Below are positions 53,411 to 64,000 of a DNA stretch of 64,000 bases, one piece after another. Source of the stretch: Escherichia phage vB_EcoM_G2469; the sequence record MK327934.1, one strand, 5' to 3'. The notes beneath the pieces were generated by a model, which did not search any database, was not told the DNA's origin, and was given only the letters and a program-made list of their open reading frames with translations. Within the stretch, counting starts at the first letter, position 1, and each line of letters starts with the position of its first letter. Both the position numbers and the translations under genes were made by a program.

Positions 53411-54310
53411 TTATAGACCAGCTAACAGGTCATCGAGGTCGCCATCGTCAGAAGACGAGGAACTCATGAAGTCATCTTCAGTTTTTGCAGAACCAAAGGC
53501 TTCCATGTCTTTATCAAAATCATCAAGGTCAGAAGCAACTTTATCTGCAACAGAAGCTGCTGCGGCTGCTGCACCACCAAGAGCGGCAGTACCAAGAACT
53601 TGATTAAATTTAGTATTCAATTCTTCAAACGATTTGAACTTATCTTTAGAAGTCATTTCAGAAAGGTCAACCATTTGTTCGAACAATTCTTTCTGGAAAG
53701 ATTCATCATCAATGTTTGGAATCGCAGATTGATTCAGGAATTTAGATTCATCGTAGTTACTGAAACCAGAAACCTGTTTAACTTTCAGCACAAAGTTAGC
53801 ACCTTCCCATGGGCAAGTTACATCAACAGGAGTTTCACCCATTTCAGTATCGACTGCAATCATTGCATTGATTTTGTCCCAAATCTTTTTACCGAAACGA
53901 TATTTGAATACTTTACCTTCATTATCTGGAGCTTGTGGGTCTTTAACAACCAGAATATTAGCCCAATAAGAAGTTTTACGTTTCAGTTGAGAATATTCAG
54001 TTTTGTTGGTATTGTACAGGTCATTTTTACTAATGTACTGACATACAGGACAAGAGTCATAATCGCCGTGTGTAGATGAACAGGTTTCAATATACCATTT
54101 ACCATTTTTCTTGAACCCGTGGTTAACAAGAATTGTAAACGGAAGTGCGTCATCTGTTTTTGCCGGCAGGAAACGAATTACCGCTTGACCATTACCGGAT
54201 GCATCGAGTTTCAGCTTCCATTCACCTTTATCTTCTGAAGAGAAACCTTTGTTACCATTCAGTTTAGCCATCTGAGCTGCGAGGTCTGCGGTACTTTTAC
54301 GTTTAAACAT
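53411..54310 (-). CDS. 32: single-stranded DNA-binding protein gp32
   Basis: 299 aa; [36 protein letters not shown]... matches T4 gp32; acidic C-terminus. Confidence 0.96.
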   Translation of the reverse strand: MFKRKSTADLAAQMAKLNGNKGFSSEDKGEWKLKLDASGNGQAVIRFLPAKTDDALPFTILVNHGFKKNGKWYIETCSSTHGDYDSCPVCQYISKNDLYNTNKTEYSQLKRKTSYWANILVVKDPQAPDNEGKVFKYRFGKKIWDKINAMIAVDTEMGETPVDVTCPWEGANFVLKVKQVSGFSNYDESKFLNQSAIPNIDDESFQKELFEQMVDLSEMTSKDKFKSFEELNTKFNQVLGTAALGGAAAAAASVADKVASDLDDFDKDMEAFGSAKTEDDFMSSSSSDDGDLDDLLAGL

Positions 54311-54427
54311 TTTATTTGCCTTTATTTAGATTATTAATTAAATTTTACAGTTGGTTGCTACGACACTTATACCTCGTAGCTGGTATGATTTATTTATAAA
54401 GTAATTTTAACACACAAGAAATAAAGC

Positions 54428-55081
54428 TTAATACTTACATGATTTGATTGTTTCTATGAACAATTTCTTAGCAGCATTTCCATCGATTTGAAGTATTTTT
54501 CGATATGCCTTTAATTTGGTAGAATAATTTTGCCAGACTAAGTTATCGGTGAGTTCGTCGTGCTTATCTATAATATTCAAAAATGAGTCCAACAATAAGA
54601 AAGTTTCAAATGAAATTATATTGCTTTGTAGCAATTTAAATATGTAGCTCGACTGAACTTTATTATTATAATCAAATATCTCTTGAAGCGCACTAACTTC
54701 AACTTTCTTACTGAAATAGTAGATGTTACGTACGTCTTCAGCAAACGTCTCCTTGGCTTGTTTGAGACGTCCAATATATTCCCTATAGAAAACTAATGCA
54801 TCAGCGTCTGATATCTCACCAATCCATGCGTCTTGGTTAGCAACTAAGTTGCTTATGAATATCAAGGTGAGTTCCTTCAATTTATATTTCTCTGCTAGTT
54901 TTTCAAAGAAATATTTATCTCGGCGTTTTTGATACGCATTATCCGAAACACGCATGCACCAGTTATATTTGATTACGTCATACCGACCATTAAAATGTTG
55001 TTTGCACATCAAGTATAGTTTGTATACCGATTTTCCGTTAATATAACGTTCTCCATCAGGAGGCATGCGTATTTTAATCAT
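54428..55081 (-). CDS. 59: helicase loader gp59
   Basis: 217 aa; near-identical to T4 gp59 as recalled. Confidence 0.95.
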   Translation of the reverse strand: MIKIRMPPDGERYINGKSVYKLYLMCKQHFNGRYDVIKYNWCMRVSDNAYQKRRDKYFFEKLAEKYKLKELTLIFISNLVANQDAWIGEISDADALVFYREYIGRLKQAKETFAEDVRNIYYFSKKVEVSALQEIFDYNNKVQSSYIFKLLQSNIISFETFLLLDSFLNIIDKHDELTDNLVWQNYSTKLKAYRKILQIDGNAAKKLFIETIKSCKY

Positions 55082-55416
55082 AATAAGAAATCTAACGTAT
55101 TAGTTTTTTCACCACGAGCAACTGATGGGCGAAGCATGTTTTCGTCAATTGCTTCGCTTGTAATTTTTTCAACAATTCCTGTAGGAATAAATTTAGCAAA
55201 TTGTGTTTCTGGAATAGAATTTTCTTCCAAGAAAGCAGTTGTTGCTTCTAAATAAGACATACCAAATTGTTCAACCATGGATTCGATAATGAATCCGTTT
55301 TCTTGTCGGTCAAGCAATTTAGCGATATCATCTTTATCGTGTTTTACTGCTAATTCTTGTTCAGATAAACCGGCCTCATCAACCGGTTTAATATCACTTA
55401 GTGAAAACTGTGTCAT
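55078..55416 (-). CDS. 33: late transcription co-activator gp33
   Basis: 112 aa as T4 gp33; position 59-33-dsbA. Confidence 0.88.
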   Translation of the reverse strand: MTQFSLSDIKPVDEAGLSEQELAVKHDKDDIAKLLDRQENGFIIESMVEQFGMSYLEATTAFLEENSIPETQFAKFIPTGIVEKITSEAIDENMLRPSVARGEKTNTLDFLL

Positions 55417-55663
55417 AAAGCTCGACTACCTCTTCGTTTTCAGCTTCAAATTGATCACGAGCGTCTTTATGATAAAGAGCTAACAAACGATTAAACATTT
55501 TTCCATCGACACCAAGCTCTTCTTTAGCACGAGTACGAATGTCTTTAATCAGTTCATTATAACCAGAAATTTTAAGTTTGTTATCGGAAGCTTCCTTGAC
55601 TAGTTTAGCCAGTTCTTCACCATGCACATCTTGATTAAATTCGACTGCTTCTTTCTTAGCCAT
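55394..55663 (-). CDS. dsbA: dsDNA-binding protein DsbA
   Basis: 89 aa from MAKKEAVEFNQDVHGEELAKLVKEA...; matches T4 DsbA. Confidence 0.88.
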   Translation of the reverse strand: MAKKEAVEFNQDVHGEELAKLVKEASDNKLKISGYNELIKDIRTRAKEELGVDGKMFNRLLALYHKDARDQFEAENEEVVELYDTVFTK

Positions 55664-55670
55664 GTTTACC

Positions 55671-56588
55671 TCAGAATTCATTAATTACACTTGTTAATTT
55701 AGAAAGACCAGATTTTACAAAGTATGAATAAATCTTGCCTTTAGGTTGTTGTTTATATGAGTTATAATACTCTATAATGGTTGAAGCAATATTATCAGGG
55801 ATATAATCAAAATCAATGAGAACCAAATTTTCTTGATACCGTTTATATTCTTCAGCACTTAATAATACTTCAGCTTGAGAACGGTCGTTAGCAATTGCTT
55901 CAATAATTGATGTTTTCATGCTTGGAGTTCGTTCACCATCAACTCTGGTAAACCAGAAGTCGCCACGAACTCGAACAGATGCAACACCATCCTTACGGTC
56001 ACCTTTAAGAATTTTAGTCATGCAATCAATTTCAGCAGAACCGTTCTTAATTTTAACCCATTTTTTCTGTGGTGGCGACCACTGTTTAACGTTAGGATAT
56101 TTGTGTAATTGTGTAAAGTCACCATCTGATGCAACAATACATACTTTATGTCCGGCTAATGACAAATATTTAGTTAATACACCAATATGGTCATCCGCTT
56201 CATACTTGTCAATATCCATTACAACGTATGGCATGTATTTCTTAATCTCATCAACAACTTGATGGAGTGCAGTAAAATATCCTTCCCAATCCCACTTTGA
56301 AGCTTCACGATCGGTTTTACGATTTTTCTTGTAATAGTAAGCAAAGTCACGACGCCAATAACCCGAAGTAGCATTATCCATACACAATACAAATTTTGTA
56401 TAGCCTTGCTTACGGAACATCACTACGTTTTTACGAATTGAATTCAAGATTACATGGCGAACCATTGGAACCGTAATTTTATCGCCGTCTTCAAAGTTGT
56501 TTAATGCGGCTGCCAATGCAATGTTACTAAAGTCGGCAAGTGCAATACCTTCTTTGTAATCTTCATCCAACATCATTTCTAAATCCAT
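55671..56588 (-). CDS. rnh: RNase H / 5'-3' exonuclease (FEN family)
   Basis: 305 aa; MDLEMMLDEDYKEG... matches T4 RNase H. Confidence 0.95.
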   Translation of the reverse strand: MDLEMMLDEDYKEGIALADFSNIALAAALNNFEDGDKITVPMVRHVILNSIRKNVVMFRKQGYTKFVLCMDNATSGYWRRDFAYYYKKNRKTDREASKWDWEGYFTALHQVVDEIKKYMPYVVMDIDKYEADDHIGVLTKYLSLAGHKVCIVASDGDFTQLHKYPNVKQWSPPQKKWVKIKNGSAEIDCMTKILKGDRKDGVASVRVRGDFWFTRVDGERTPSMKTSIIEAIANDRSQAEVLLSAEEYKRYQENLVLIDFDYIPDNIASTIIEYYNSYKQQPKGKIYSYFVKSGLSKLTSVINEF

Positions 56589-56620
56589 ATGAACCTCTTG
56601 TTCAGTTAGTCAACTTGTCT

Positions 56621-56650
56621 ATAGTAACACACTCATTTGAAAGCGTAAAC
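56621..56650 (-). promoter_or_regulatory. early promoter (GTTTAC-N18-TACTAT) for rnh, divergent from the gene 34 late promoter
   Basis: - strand GTTTACGCTTTCAAATGAGTGTGTTACTATAG. Confidence 0.55.
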
Positions 56651-56653
56651 TGG

Positions 56654-56661
56654 TATAAATA
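56654..56661 (+). promoter_or_regulatory. late promoter (TATAAATA) for gene 34
   Basis: Exact TATAAATA 31 nt upstream of gene 34 ATG. Confidence 0.7.
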
Positions 56662-56691
56662 AGTATTATTGAAACAATAAAGGAAAAACGA

Positions 56692-59600
56692 ATGGCCGAC
56701 ATCAAACGTAAGTTCAGAGCCGAAGACGGTCTGGACGCCGGTGGCGACAAGATTGTTAACGTAGCATTAGCCGACCGTACAGTAGGTACTGATGGCGTAA
56801 ACGTTGACTTCCTGGTACAAGAAAACACCGTTCAAGTATATGATTCTACACGTGGATATAACAAAGGATTTGTTGTTCTTTATGACAACCGTTTATATCA
56901 AGCAATAAATGATATCGTGTCTCCTTCCGGGGCATTTAACCTTTTACAATGGCGTGCAGTTCGTACCGACGCGCAATGGATAACTGTCGCTTCTGGGACT
57001 TATCAACTTTCTTCAGGTGAATCGATTTCGGTTAACACTGGTGCCGGCAATGATATGGTTTTCACGTTGCCGAATACGCCGGTTGATGGCGATACTGTTG
57101 TTTTGGCTGATATTGGTGGAAGAACCGGGACAGTTAAAGTACAGATTAACGCGTCTGTACAGAGTATTTTAAACTTTAGAGGTGAACAAGTTCGTACGGT
57201 TTTAATGACGCGTCCGCGTTCACAACTATTGTTTGTGTTTAGTAATCGTTTGTGGCAGATGTATATTACCGATTATGGTAAAGAATCAATCACTGTTACA
57301 CCTGCGACACCATATCAAGCACAAGCAAATGATTTTATCGTTCGTCGTTTTACTAGTGCAGCACCAATCAACATTACACTTCCACGTAATGCTAACAATG
57401 GTGATATAATCCACCTAGTTGATTTAGATAAATTAAACCCACTGTATCATACAATTGTTAAAACATTTGATGATACAACGTCTATTGGTGAAGTCGGGAC
57501 TCATATTGCCGAAGGCAGAAATGACTCTGACGCGTTTTTTGTTTTTGATGCTGCAAATAGTTTATGGCGTATATGGGAAGGCGACCAGAAATCGCGTCTT
57601 CGTATTATCCGTGCGGATTCAAATATTCGTCCAAATGAAGAAGTTCTTATTTTTGGCACAAATAACGCTACAACCGGAACTATTAATCTTACGCTGCCTT
57701 CCGGAATTTTGTGTGGTGACACTGTTAAAATTTCAATGAACTACATGCGTAAAGGCCAAACAGTAAAAATTAAAGCTGCCGAAGGTGATACAATTGCTTC
57801 TTCTGTTGCATTGCTTCAGTTCCCTAAACGTTCTGAATATCCACCTGATGCTCAATGGGTCTCTGTTACTGAACTAGAATTCAATGGCACTACTTCATAT
57901 GTTCCTGTATTAGAATTAGCGTATATCGAAGACACCGTTGCTGGTACACGTTATTGGGTTGTTCAACAAAACGTCCCAACTGTAGAACGTGTTGATGCTG
58001 GAACTGATGCTACACGAGCTCGTTTAGGTGTTATTGCTCTTGCTACTCAAGCGCAAGCAAATGTTGATTTAGAGAATACTCCAGCTAAAGAAGTGGCTAT
58101 TACTCCTGAAACGTTGGCAAATCGTACAGCAACTGAAGCTCGACGTGGTATCGCTAAAATTGCTACAACAGCACAAGTTAACCAGAATTCCACAGCATCA
58201 TTTGTGGACGATACTATTGTTACGCCTAAAAAACTAAATGAGCGTACAGCAACTGAAACTCGTCGCGGTCTTGCAGAAATTGCTACTCAGGCCGAAACCG
58301 ATGCTGGTCTTGATGACACAACGATTATTACACCTAAGAAATTGCAGGCACGTCAGGGTTCTGAAACACTATCGGGTATAGTTAAATATGTATCAACTAC
58401 TTCTGCTACTCCTGCTGAAACTCGTGGGGCTGCAGGCACTAACGTTTATAATAAAACCGTAAATAATTTAACTATTTCTCCTAAAGCCCTTGACCAATAT
58501 AAAGCAACTTATGCTCAACAAGGTGCAGTAATTTTAGCTGTTGAAAGTGAAGTAATTGCTGGTCAATCCCAAGCAGGTTATTCTCACGCTGTAGTAACTC
58601 CTGAAACACTACATAAGAAAACTTCTACTGATGGACGTATTGGTTTAATTGAAATTGCTACGCAAGCAGAAACTAATGCTGGGACTGATTATACACGTGC
58701 AGTAACGCCTAAGACGTTAAATGATAGGAGAGCGACGGAAGGATTATCCGGCATAGCCGAACTTGCTACGCAAGTTGAATTTGATACTGGAACTGATGAT
58801 ACTCGTATCTCGACTCCACTGAAAATTAAAACTCATTTTGATTCTTCTGACCGTACCAGTGTTAATTCTGATTCCGGACTTATTGAAGAAGGAACCTTGT
58901 GGAACCATTATACTCTTGATATTTCTAAAGCAAATGAAACACAACGTGGTACACTTCGCGTAGCGACCCAGGCAGAATCTAATGCAGGAACTTTAGATGA
59001 TGTTCTTATTACTCCTAAAAAGCTTTTAGGGACTAAGTCCACTGAAACGTCTGAAGGCGTAATTAAGGTTGCTACTCAGGCTGAAACTGTAACAGGAACT
59101 TCTGCTAATACTGCTGTATCTCCTAAGAATTTAAAATGGATTGTCCAAAATGAACCAACATGGGCTGCTACTACGGCGATTCGCGGATTCGTTAAAACTT
59201 CATCCGGTTCTATTACATTCGTTGGTAATGATACAGTTGGTTCAACACAACCTTTAGAATCATATGAGAAAAATAGCTATGCAGTATCACCATATGAATT
59301 AAACCGTGTATTAGCAAATTATTTGCCGTTAAAAGCAAAAGCTGTAGATAGTAATTTATTGGATGGTCTAGATTCATCTCAGTTCATTCGTAGGGATATT
59401 GCACAGACGGTTAATGGTTCACTAACCTTAACCCAACAAACGAATCTGAGTGCCCCTCTTGTATCATCTAGTACTGCTACGTTTGGTGGTTCGGTATCTG
59501 CTAATAGTACACTGACTATTTCTAATACGGGAACAGCTACTCGTCTAATTTTTGAGAAAGGACCTCAGACTGGAACTAACCCAGCACAGACGATGACTAT

Positions 59601-60564
59601 CAGAGTTTGGGGAAATGAATTTGGTGGTTCAGATACAACACGTTCTACTGTATTCGAAGTCGGTGATGAAACATCTAATCACTTTTATTCTCAACGTAAT
59701 AAAGCTGGGAATATAACGTTTAGCATTAATGGTACTGTGATGCCAATAAATGTTAACGCTTCAGGCACGTTAAATGCGAATGGTGTAGCAACATTTGGTA
59801 GTTCAGTTACAGCCAATGGTGAATTCATTAGCAAGTCTGCAAATGCTTTCAGAGCAATTAGTGGTGATTACGGATTCCTTATTCGCAATGATGGCTCTAA
59901 TACCTATTTTTTGCTAACCCATCCAGGAGGCCAGACTGGCGGATTTAGTGGATTGCGTCCTTTAGCTATTAATAATACATCCGGCCAGGTTACAATTGCC
60001 GAAGGGCTTGTTATTGCTAAAGGTGCTACTATAAATTCAGGTGGTTTAACAGTTAACTCGAGAATTCGTTCTCAGGGCACTAAAACATCTGACTTATATA
60101 CCCTTGCGCCAACATCTGATACTGTAGGATTCTGGTCAATCGATATTAACGATTCAGCTACTTATAACCAGTTCCCAGGTTATTTTAAAATGGTTGAAAA
60201 AACTAATGAAGTGACTGGGCTTCCGTACTTAGAACGTGGCGAAGAAGTTAAATCTCCTGGTACATTGACTCAGTTTGGTAATACACTTGATTCACTTTAC
60301 CAAGATTGGATTACTTATCCAACAACTCCAGAAGCACGTACAACCCGTTGGACTCGTACATGGCAGAAAACTAAAAATTCTTGGTCAAGTTTTGTTCAGG
60401 TATTTGATGGTGGAAACCCTCCTCAACCTTCTGATATTGGTGCTTTACCTTCTGATAATGCAACAATCGGAAACTTGACAATAAGGGATTTCTTAAGGAT
60501 TGGTAATGTCCGCATTATTCCAGACCCTGTGAATAAATCTGTTAAATTCGAGTGGATTGAATAA
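56692..60564 (+). CDS. 34: long tail fiber proximal subunit gp34
   Basis: 1290 aa (T4 gp34 about 1289 aa); late promoter upstream; internal tandem repeats. Confidence 0.93.
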   Translation: MADIKRKFRAEDGLDAGGDKIVNVALADRTVGTDGVNVDFLVQENTVQVYDSTRGYNKGFVVLYDNRLYQAINDIVSPSGAFNLLQWRAVRTDAQWITVASGTYQLSSGESISVNTGAGNDMVFTLPNTPVDGDTVVLADIGGRTGTVKVQINASVQSILNFRGEQVRTVLMTRPRSQLLFVFSNRLWQMYITDYGKESITVTPATPYQAQANDFIVRRFTSAAPINITLPRNANNGDIIHLVDLDKLNPLYHTIVKTFDDTTSIGEVGTHIAEGRNDSDAFFVFDAANSLWRIWEGDQKSRLRIIRADSNIRPNEEVLIFGTNNATTGTINLTLPSGILCGDTVKISMNYMRKGQTVKIKAAEGDTIASSVALLQFPKRSEYPPDAQWVSVTELEFNGTTSYVPVLELAYIEDTVAGTRYWVVQQNVPTVERVDAGTDATRARLGVIALATQAQANVDLENTPAKEVAITPETLANRTATEARRGIAKIATTAQVNQNSTASFVDDTIVTPKKLNERTATETRRGLAEIATQAETDAGLDDTTIITPKKLQARQGSETLSGIVKYVSTTSATPAETRGAAGTNVYNKTVNNLTISPKALDQYKATYAQQGAVILAVESEVIAGQSQAGYSHAVVTPETLHKKTSTDGRIGLIEIATQAETNAGTDYTRAVTPKTLNDRRATEGLSGIAELATQVEFDTGTDDTRISTPLKIKTHFDSSDRTSVNSDSGLIEEGTLWNHYTLDISKANETQRGTLRVATQAESNAGTLDDVLITPKKLLGTKSTETSEGVIKVATQAETVTGTSANTAVSPKNLKWIVQNEPTWAATTAIRGFVKTSSGSITFVGNDTVGSTQPLESYEKNSYAVSPYELNRVLANYLPLKAKAVDSNLLDGLDSSQFIRRDIAQTVNGSLTLTQQTNLSAPLVSSSTATFGGSVSANSTLTISNTGTATRLIFEKGPQTGTNPAQTMTIRVWGNEFGGSDTTRSTVFEVGDETSNHFYSQRNKAGNITFSINGTVMPINVNASGTLNANGVATFGSSVTANGEFISKSANAFRAISGDYGFLIRNDGSNTYFLLTHPGGQTGGFSGLRPLAINNTSGQVTIAEGLVIAKGATINSGGLTVNSRIRSQGTKTSDLYTLAPTSDTVGFWSIDINDSATYNQFPGYFKMVEKTNEVTGLPYLERGEEVKSPGTLTQFGNTLDSLYQDWITYPTTPEARTTRWTRTWQKTKNSWSSFVQVFDGGNPPQPSDIGALPSDNATIGNLTIRDFLRIGNVRIIPDPVNKSVKFEWIE
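58020..59150 (+). repeat. imperfect tandem protein-coding repeats inside gene 34
   Basis: At least six repeat units of about 35-40 aa with core [IV]TPKKL/TPETL ... RxG[IL]xxIATQAE seen by eye in the translation. Confidence 0.6.
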
Positions 60565-60572
60565 GAGGTATT

Positions 60573-61700
60573 ATGGAAAAATTTATGGCTAAGTTTGGAC
60601 AAGGATACGTCCAAACGCCATTTTTATCGGAAAGCAATTCAGTACGATTTAAATTAAGCATAGCGGGCTCTTGTCCGCTATCAACATCTCCTGCTTATAT
60701 TAAGTTCCAGGATAATCCACTTGGGTCCCAGGTTTTTTCCGTTGGATTAAACGTTCGTGTAATAAATCCTACAACAGGTGCAGTAGTTGAATCTAAGACA
60801 TATAATTTCTCTACTGAAAACGACGCCACGTCAAGTGCATTTGTTACTTTCATGGACACACATGCTTCAAATTTTATATTTGCTCTTGTTACTAACGCTA
60901 AAACAAACTTTCCTCCTGAAGTTCTCGCATGGTTTACCAAAGCTGGGAGTTCTGCTATTCCATTAGCTCAACAAGTTTTAAATATAGTGGACATTTCTTA
61001 TTCGGCATTTTATATTTCTGGTAAGAATGCTATAGCACTAGAACATATTAAGTATAGTAATAAGAAAACTTCAACCGACTATAGTACACCACTTGATGTT
61101 GTGTACGACACTATCGATGATATTGGTGCTACCGGCTTCCCTAGTCGTACGTATGAATCGCCAGACACATTTTTATCTGCTGTTGGAGGTACTAATAATG
61201 AAATTAAAAGGATGCCTACAACGTCCATTATTACACCTCTCGCTGGGTATAAATTGAAGCCTGGAGATTTCCTTTATATGAAATTCCAACTAATGGCCGA
61301 TGCCGATTTGTTAGCACAAGGGACGACACGACTTTCTATTCGTTTCTTTAAATCTCCTTCTACTTCACCTATTTCATTTAAGGATATAAACTTTGACGGG
61401 GGTGCAGGTGAATGGAAGATATATGAAGACTACATAGAAATTCCTGCTGGTGCTGACGGGTTCACGATTTATTGTTATCGTACAGCTCCAGTCGGGCAAG
61501 GTGGATTAAGAAACGTTATATTCACTGAAGTATCATGTAATGGAAGCGTTTCAAAACCTGCTGAGTTTGGTATAAATGGTATTCGTGTAAATTATGTTTC
61601 AGAATCTTTAAGTGCTCCAGACATAATGACATTACCTACTCAATCTTCAACTGATACTGGTAAGGTGTTTGGACAAGAATTTAAAGAAGCATCAGAATAA
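60573..61700 (+). CDS. 35: long tail fiber hinge connector gp35
   Basis: 375 aa; position 34-35-36. Confidence 0.85.
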   Translation: MEKFMAKFGQGYVQTPFLSESNSVRFKLSIAGSCPLSTSPAYIKFQDNPLGSQVFSVGLNVRVINPTTGAVVESKTYNFSTENDATSSAFVTFMDTHASNFIFALVTNAKTNFPPEVLAWFTKAGSSAIPLAQQVLNIVDISYSAFYISGKNAIALEHIKYSNKKTSTDYSTPLDVVYDTIDDIGATGFPSRTYESPDTFLSAVGGTNNEIKRMPTTSIITPLAGYKLKPGDFLYMKFQLMADADLLAQGTTRLSIRFFKSPSTSPISFKDINFDGGAGEWKIYEDYIEIPAGADGFTIYCYRTAPVGQGGLRNVIFTEVSCNGSVSKPAEFGINGIRVNYVSESLSAPDIMTLPTQSSTDTGKVFGQEFKEASE

Positions 61701-61704
61701 ATTT

Positions 61705-61728
61705 AGGGAGACTTCGGTCTCCCATTTT
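61705..61728 (+). terminator. rho-independent terminator after gene 35
   Basis: GGGAGAC-UUCG-GUCUCCC followed by ATTTTTG; identical stem to the gene 23 terminator. Confidence 0.75.
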
Positions 61729-61729
61729 T

Positions 61730-61737
61730 GTATAAAT
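61730..61737 (+). promoter_or_regulatory. late promoter (TATAAATA) for gene 36
   Basis: Exact TATAAATA directly after the gene 35 terminator hairpin. Confidence 0.7.
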
Positions 61738-61762
61738 ATGGTATACATATAAGGAGACAACT

Positions 61763-62428
61763 ATGGCCGATTTAAAAGCTGGTAGTACAACTGGCGGTGC
61801 TGTCATATGGCATCAAGGTAATTTCCCTTTAATGCCAGCAGGTGATGACGTCCTGTATAAAACGTTTAAACTCTATTCAGAATATAATAAACCACAAGCT
61901 GCTGATAACGATTTCGTTTCTAAAGCTAATGGTGGTACTTATGCATCAAAGGTAACATTTAACGGCGGTGTTCAAATACCATATGCTATAAACAATACAA
62001 ATCAATCTGGTATTTATCCAGGTAATGGTGATGCAGCTACTTTTGTTACAGCAAATATTGATATTGTTTCATGGTATGGTATTGGTTTTAAATCATCACA
62101 AGGAACAGCGGGTAGAACTGTAGTAATCAATACACGTAATGGTGATATTAATACAAAAGGCGTTGTATCTGCTTCAGGACAAGTAAGAAGCGATATGACT
62201 GCTCCTATAGCAGCGAATGATCTCACAAGAAAAGATTATGTTGATGGACGAATAAATATTGTTACGGATAACGCAAATTCCCGTGTATTGCGTAAAGGCG
62301 ATACCATGACTGGTACTTTAACAGCACCAAACTTTTTCTCACAGAATCCGGCGTCTGAGGCTAATCATGTTCCTCGTTTCGACCAGATTGTAATTAAAGA
62401 TTCTGTTCAAGATTTCGGCTATTATTAA
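61763..62428 (+). CDS. 36: long tail fiber distal connector gp36
   Basis: 221 aa as T4 gp36; late promoter upstream. Confidence 0.88.
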   Translation: MADLKAGSTTGGAVIWHQGNFPLMPAGDDVLYKTFKLYSEYNKPQAADNDFVSKANGGTYASKVTFNGGVQIPYAINNTNQSGIYPGNGDAATFVTANIDIVSWYGIGFKSSQGTAGRTVVINTRNGDINTKGVVSASGQVRSDMTAPIAANDLTRKDYVDGRINIVTDNANSRVLRKGDTMTGTLTAPNFFSQNPASEANHVPRFDQIVIKDSVQDFGYY

Positions 62429-62436
62429 GAGGACTT

Positions 62437-64000
62437 ATGGCTACTTTAAAACAAATACAATTTAAAAGAAGCAAAACCGCAGGTGCACGTCCTGCTGCTT
62501 CAGTATTAGCCGAAGGTGAATTGGCTATAAACTTAAAAGATAGAACACTTTTTACTAAAGATGATTCAGGAAATATCATTGATTTAAGCATTTCTGCTGG
62601 TGGTAATATCAGTGGAAACGTGACTATTGATGGAACTTTACGCGTCAATGGACCAATAAACAATTTTGGAAATTTTTCCACAAGTGGCCAGATTACCGCT
62701 GGTAGTAGTATTTCAGCTCAAGTTTTTAGAGCATTGCAAGGTTCGTTTTATTCAAGAGCTTCAACCGGTGAAACAGCAAATGCCCATCTTTGGTTTGAAA
62801 ATGCCGATGGCACTGAACGAGGCGTTATATATGCTCGTCCTCAAACTACAACTGATGGTGAAATACGTCTTAGAGTTAGACAAGGAACAGGAAGCACCGT
62901 TAATAGCGAATTCTATTTCCGTTCTATAAACGGCGGTGAATTTCAAGCCAACCGTATTTTAGCATCAGATTCGTTAGTAACTAAACGCATTGCAGCTGAT
63001 ACAGTTATCCACGGTGGCAAAGCCTTTGGTGTATATGATACAGATTCATTAGTTAATTATGTATATCCAGGCACCGGCGAAACGAATGGTGTAAACTATC
63101 TTCGTAAAGTGCGAGCTAAATCCGGTGGTACAATGTATCATGAAATTGTTACTGCACAAACAGACCAGGCTGATGAAGTTTCTTGGTGGTCTGGTAATAC
63201 ACCATCATTTAAATTATATGGTATTCGTAATGACGGCCGAATGATCGTCCGCAATAGCGTAGCCATCGGGACCGTGACTGCAGGATACCCGTCAAGCGAC
63301 TATGGTAATGGTGCCGCTTTAGGATTCGGTGTTTATTTAGCTCTAGGCGATAACGGGACGGGGCTATCATACAAAAAAGCCGGTGTTTATGATTTAGTTG
63401 GTTCAGGGAATTCTGTCGCATCTATTACTCCTGATAGTTTCCGTAGTACCCGTAAAGCGATTTTTGGTCGTTCCGAGGACCAAGGTACAACATGGATTAT
63501 GCCTGGAACCAACGCCGCGTTTTTAACGGTTCAAACACAAGCTGATGAAAACACTGCTGGAGACGGTCAAACCCACATTGGATATAATTCTGGCGGTAAA
63601 ATGTCCCACTATTTTCGTGGTAAGGGCCAAACCAACATTAATACTCAAGAAGGCATGGAAGTTAACCCTGGTATTTTGAAATTGGTAACTGGTTCTAATA
63701 ACGTACAGTTTTATGCCGACGGAACAGTATCTTCAATACAAAGAATTAAATTTGATAACGGATTAGTTCTTACTGGTGCTAGACCTGACGGTATTCAACT
63801 TGACGCTCCTACAGCGACAGATGGCACTAAAACTATACTGTGGGCTGGTGGTACTCGTGCTGGTCAGAATAAAAGCTATGTAACTGTTAAAGCATGGGGT
63901 AATTCATTTAACGCATCTGGCGATCGTAATCGTGAAACGGTTTTTGAAGTATCAGACGGGCAAGGATATTATTTTTATTCACAGCGTGTGGCTCCAAGTG
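62437..64000 (+). CDS. 37: long tail fiber distal subunit gp37, N-terminal part (continues beyond window)
   Basis: Open frame from ATG 62437 to window end; [47 protein letters not shown]... matches T4 gp37 N-terminus. Confidence 0.93.
   Translation, partial: MATLKQIQFKRSKTAGARPAASVLAEGELAINLKDRTLFTKDDSGNIIDLSISAGGNISGNVTIDGTLRVNGPINNFGNFSTSGQITAGSSISAQVFRALQGSFYSRASTGETANAHLWFENADGTERGVIYARPQTTTDGEIRLRVRQGTGSTVNSEFYFRSINGGEFQANRILASDSLVTKRIAADTVIHGGKAFGVYDTDSLVNYVYPGTGETNGVNYLRKVRAKSGGTMYHEIVTAQTDQADEVSWWSGNTPSFKLYGIRNDGRMIVRNSVAIGTVTAGYPSSDYGNGAALGFGVYLALGDNGTGLSYKKAGVYDLVGSGNSVASITPDSFRSTRKAIFGRSEDQGTTWIMPGTNAAFLTVQTQADENTAGDGQTHIGYNSGGKMSHYFRGKGQTNINTQEGMEVNPGILKLVTGSNNVQFYADGTVSSIQRIKFDNGLVLTGARPDGIQLDAPTATDGTKTILWAGGTRAGQNKSYVTVKAWGNSFNASGDRNRETVFEVSDGQGYYFYSQRVAPS

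Noticed and set aside
53600-54079. 159-aa + strand ORF
   Set aside because: Antisense inside gene 32; low-complexity translation; spurious

Overview
This 64 kb window is a contiguous segment of a T4-like (Tevenvirinae, T4-type) myovirus genome, running from the 3' end of wac (fibritin) to the 5' part of long-tail-fiber gene 37. Gene order and protein sequences closely follow phage T4; all identifications are from recalled T4 protein similarity and motifs, as no database search was possible. The + strand carries late structural and assembly genes (13-24, uvsW, 51/27/28/29/48/54, 34-37) behind TATAAATA late promoters. The - strand carries early/middle genes (rnlB, hoc, inh, uvsY, 25, 26, alt, 30 and the 30.x block, rIII, 31, cd, pseT, spanins, alc, rnlA, denA, nrdB, nrdA, td, frd, 32, 59, 33, dsbA, rnh) behind GTTTAC-N17/18-TAcTAT early promoters. 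nrdB and td are each interrupted by a group I intron carrying a homing endonuclease gene (full-length I-TevIII and I-TevI). Strand-matched UUCG/GNRA-tetraloop hairpins sit at many gene ends. Departures from the canonical T4 layout as I recall it: (1) a class I DAHP synthase gene translationally coupled between cd and pseT; (2) an 89-aa early gene on the opposite strand between 23 and 24, where T4 has segD; (3) a roughly 90-codon open frame with no start codon in the 30.x block, +1 to the upstream gene; (4) palindromes embedded in two early promoters. I found no tRNA, CRISPR array, integrase or transposase, and no single stand-out new multi-gene system; the DAHP synthase and the small accessory early ORFs are the best candidates for follow-up.
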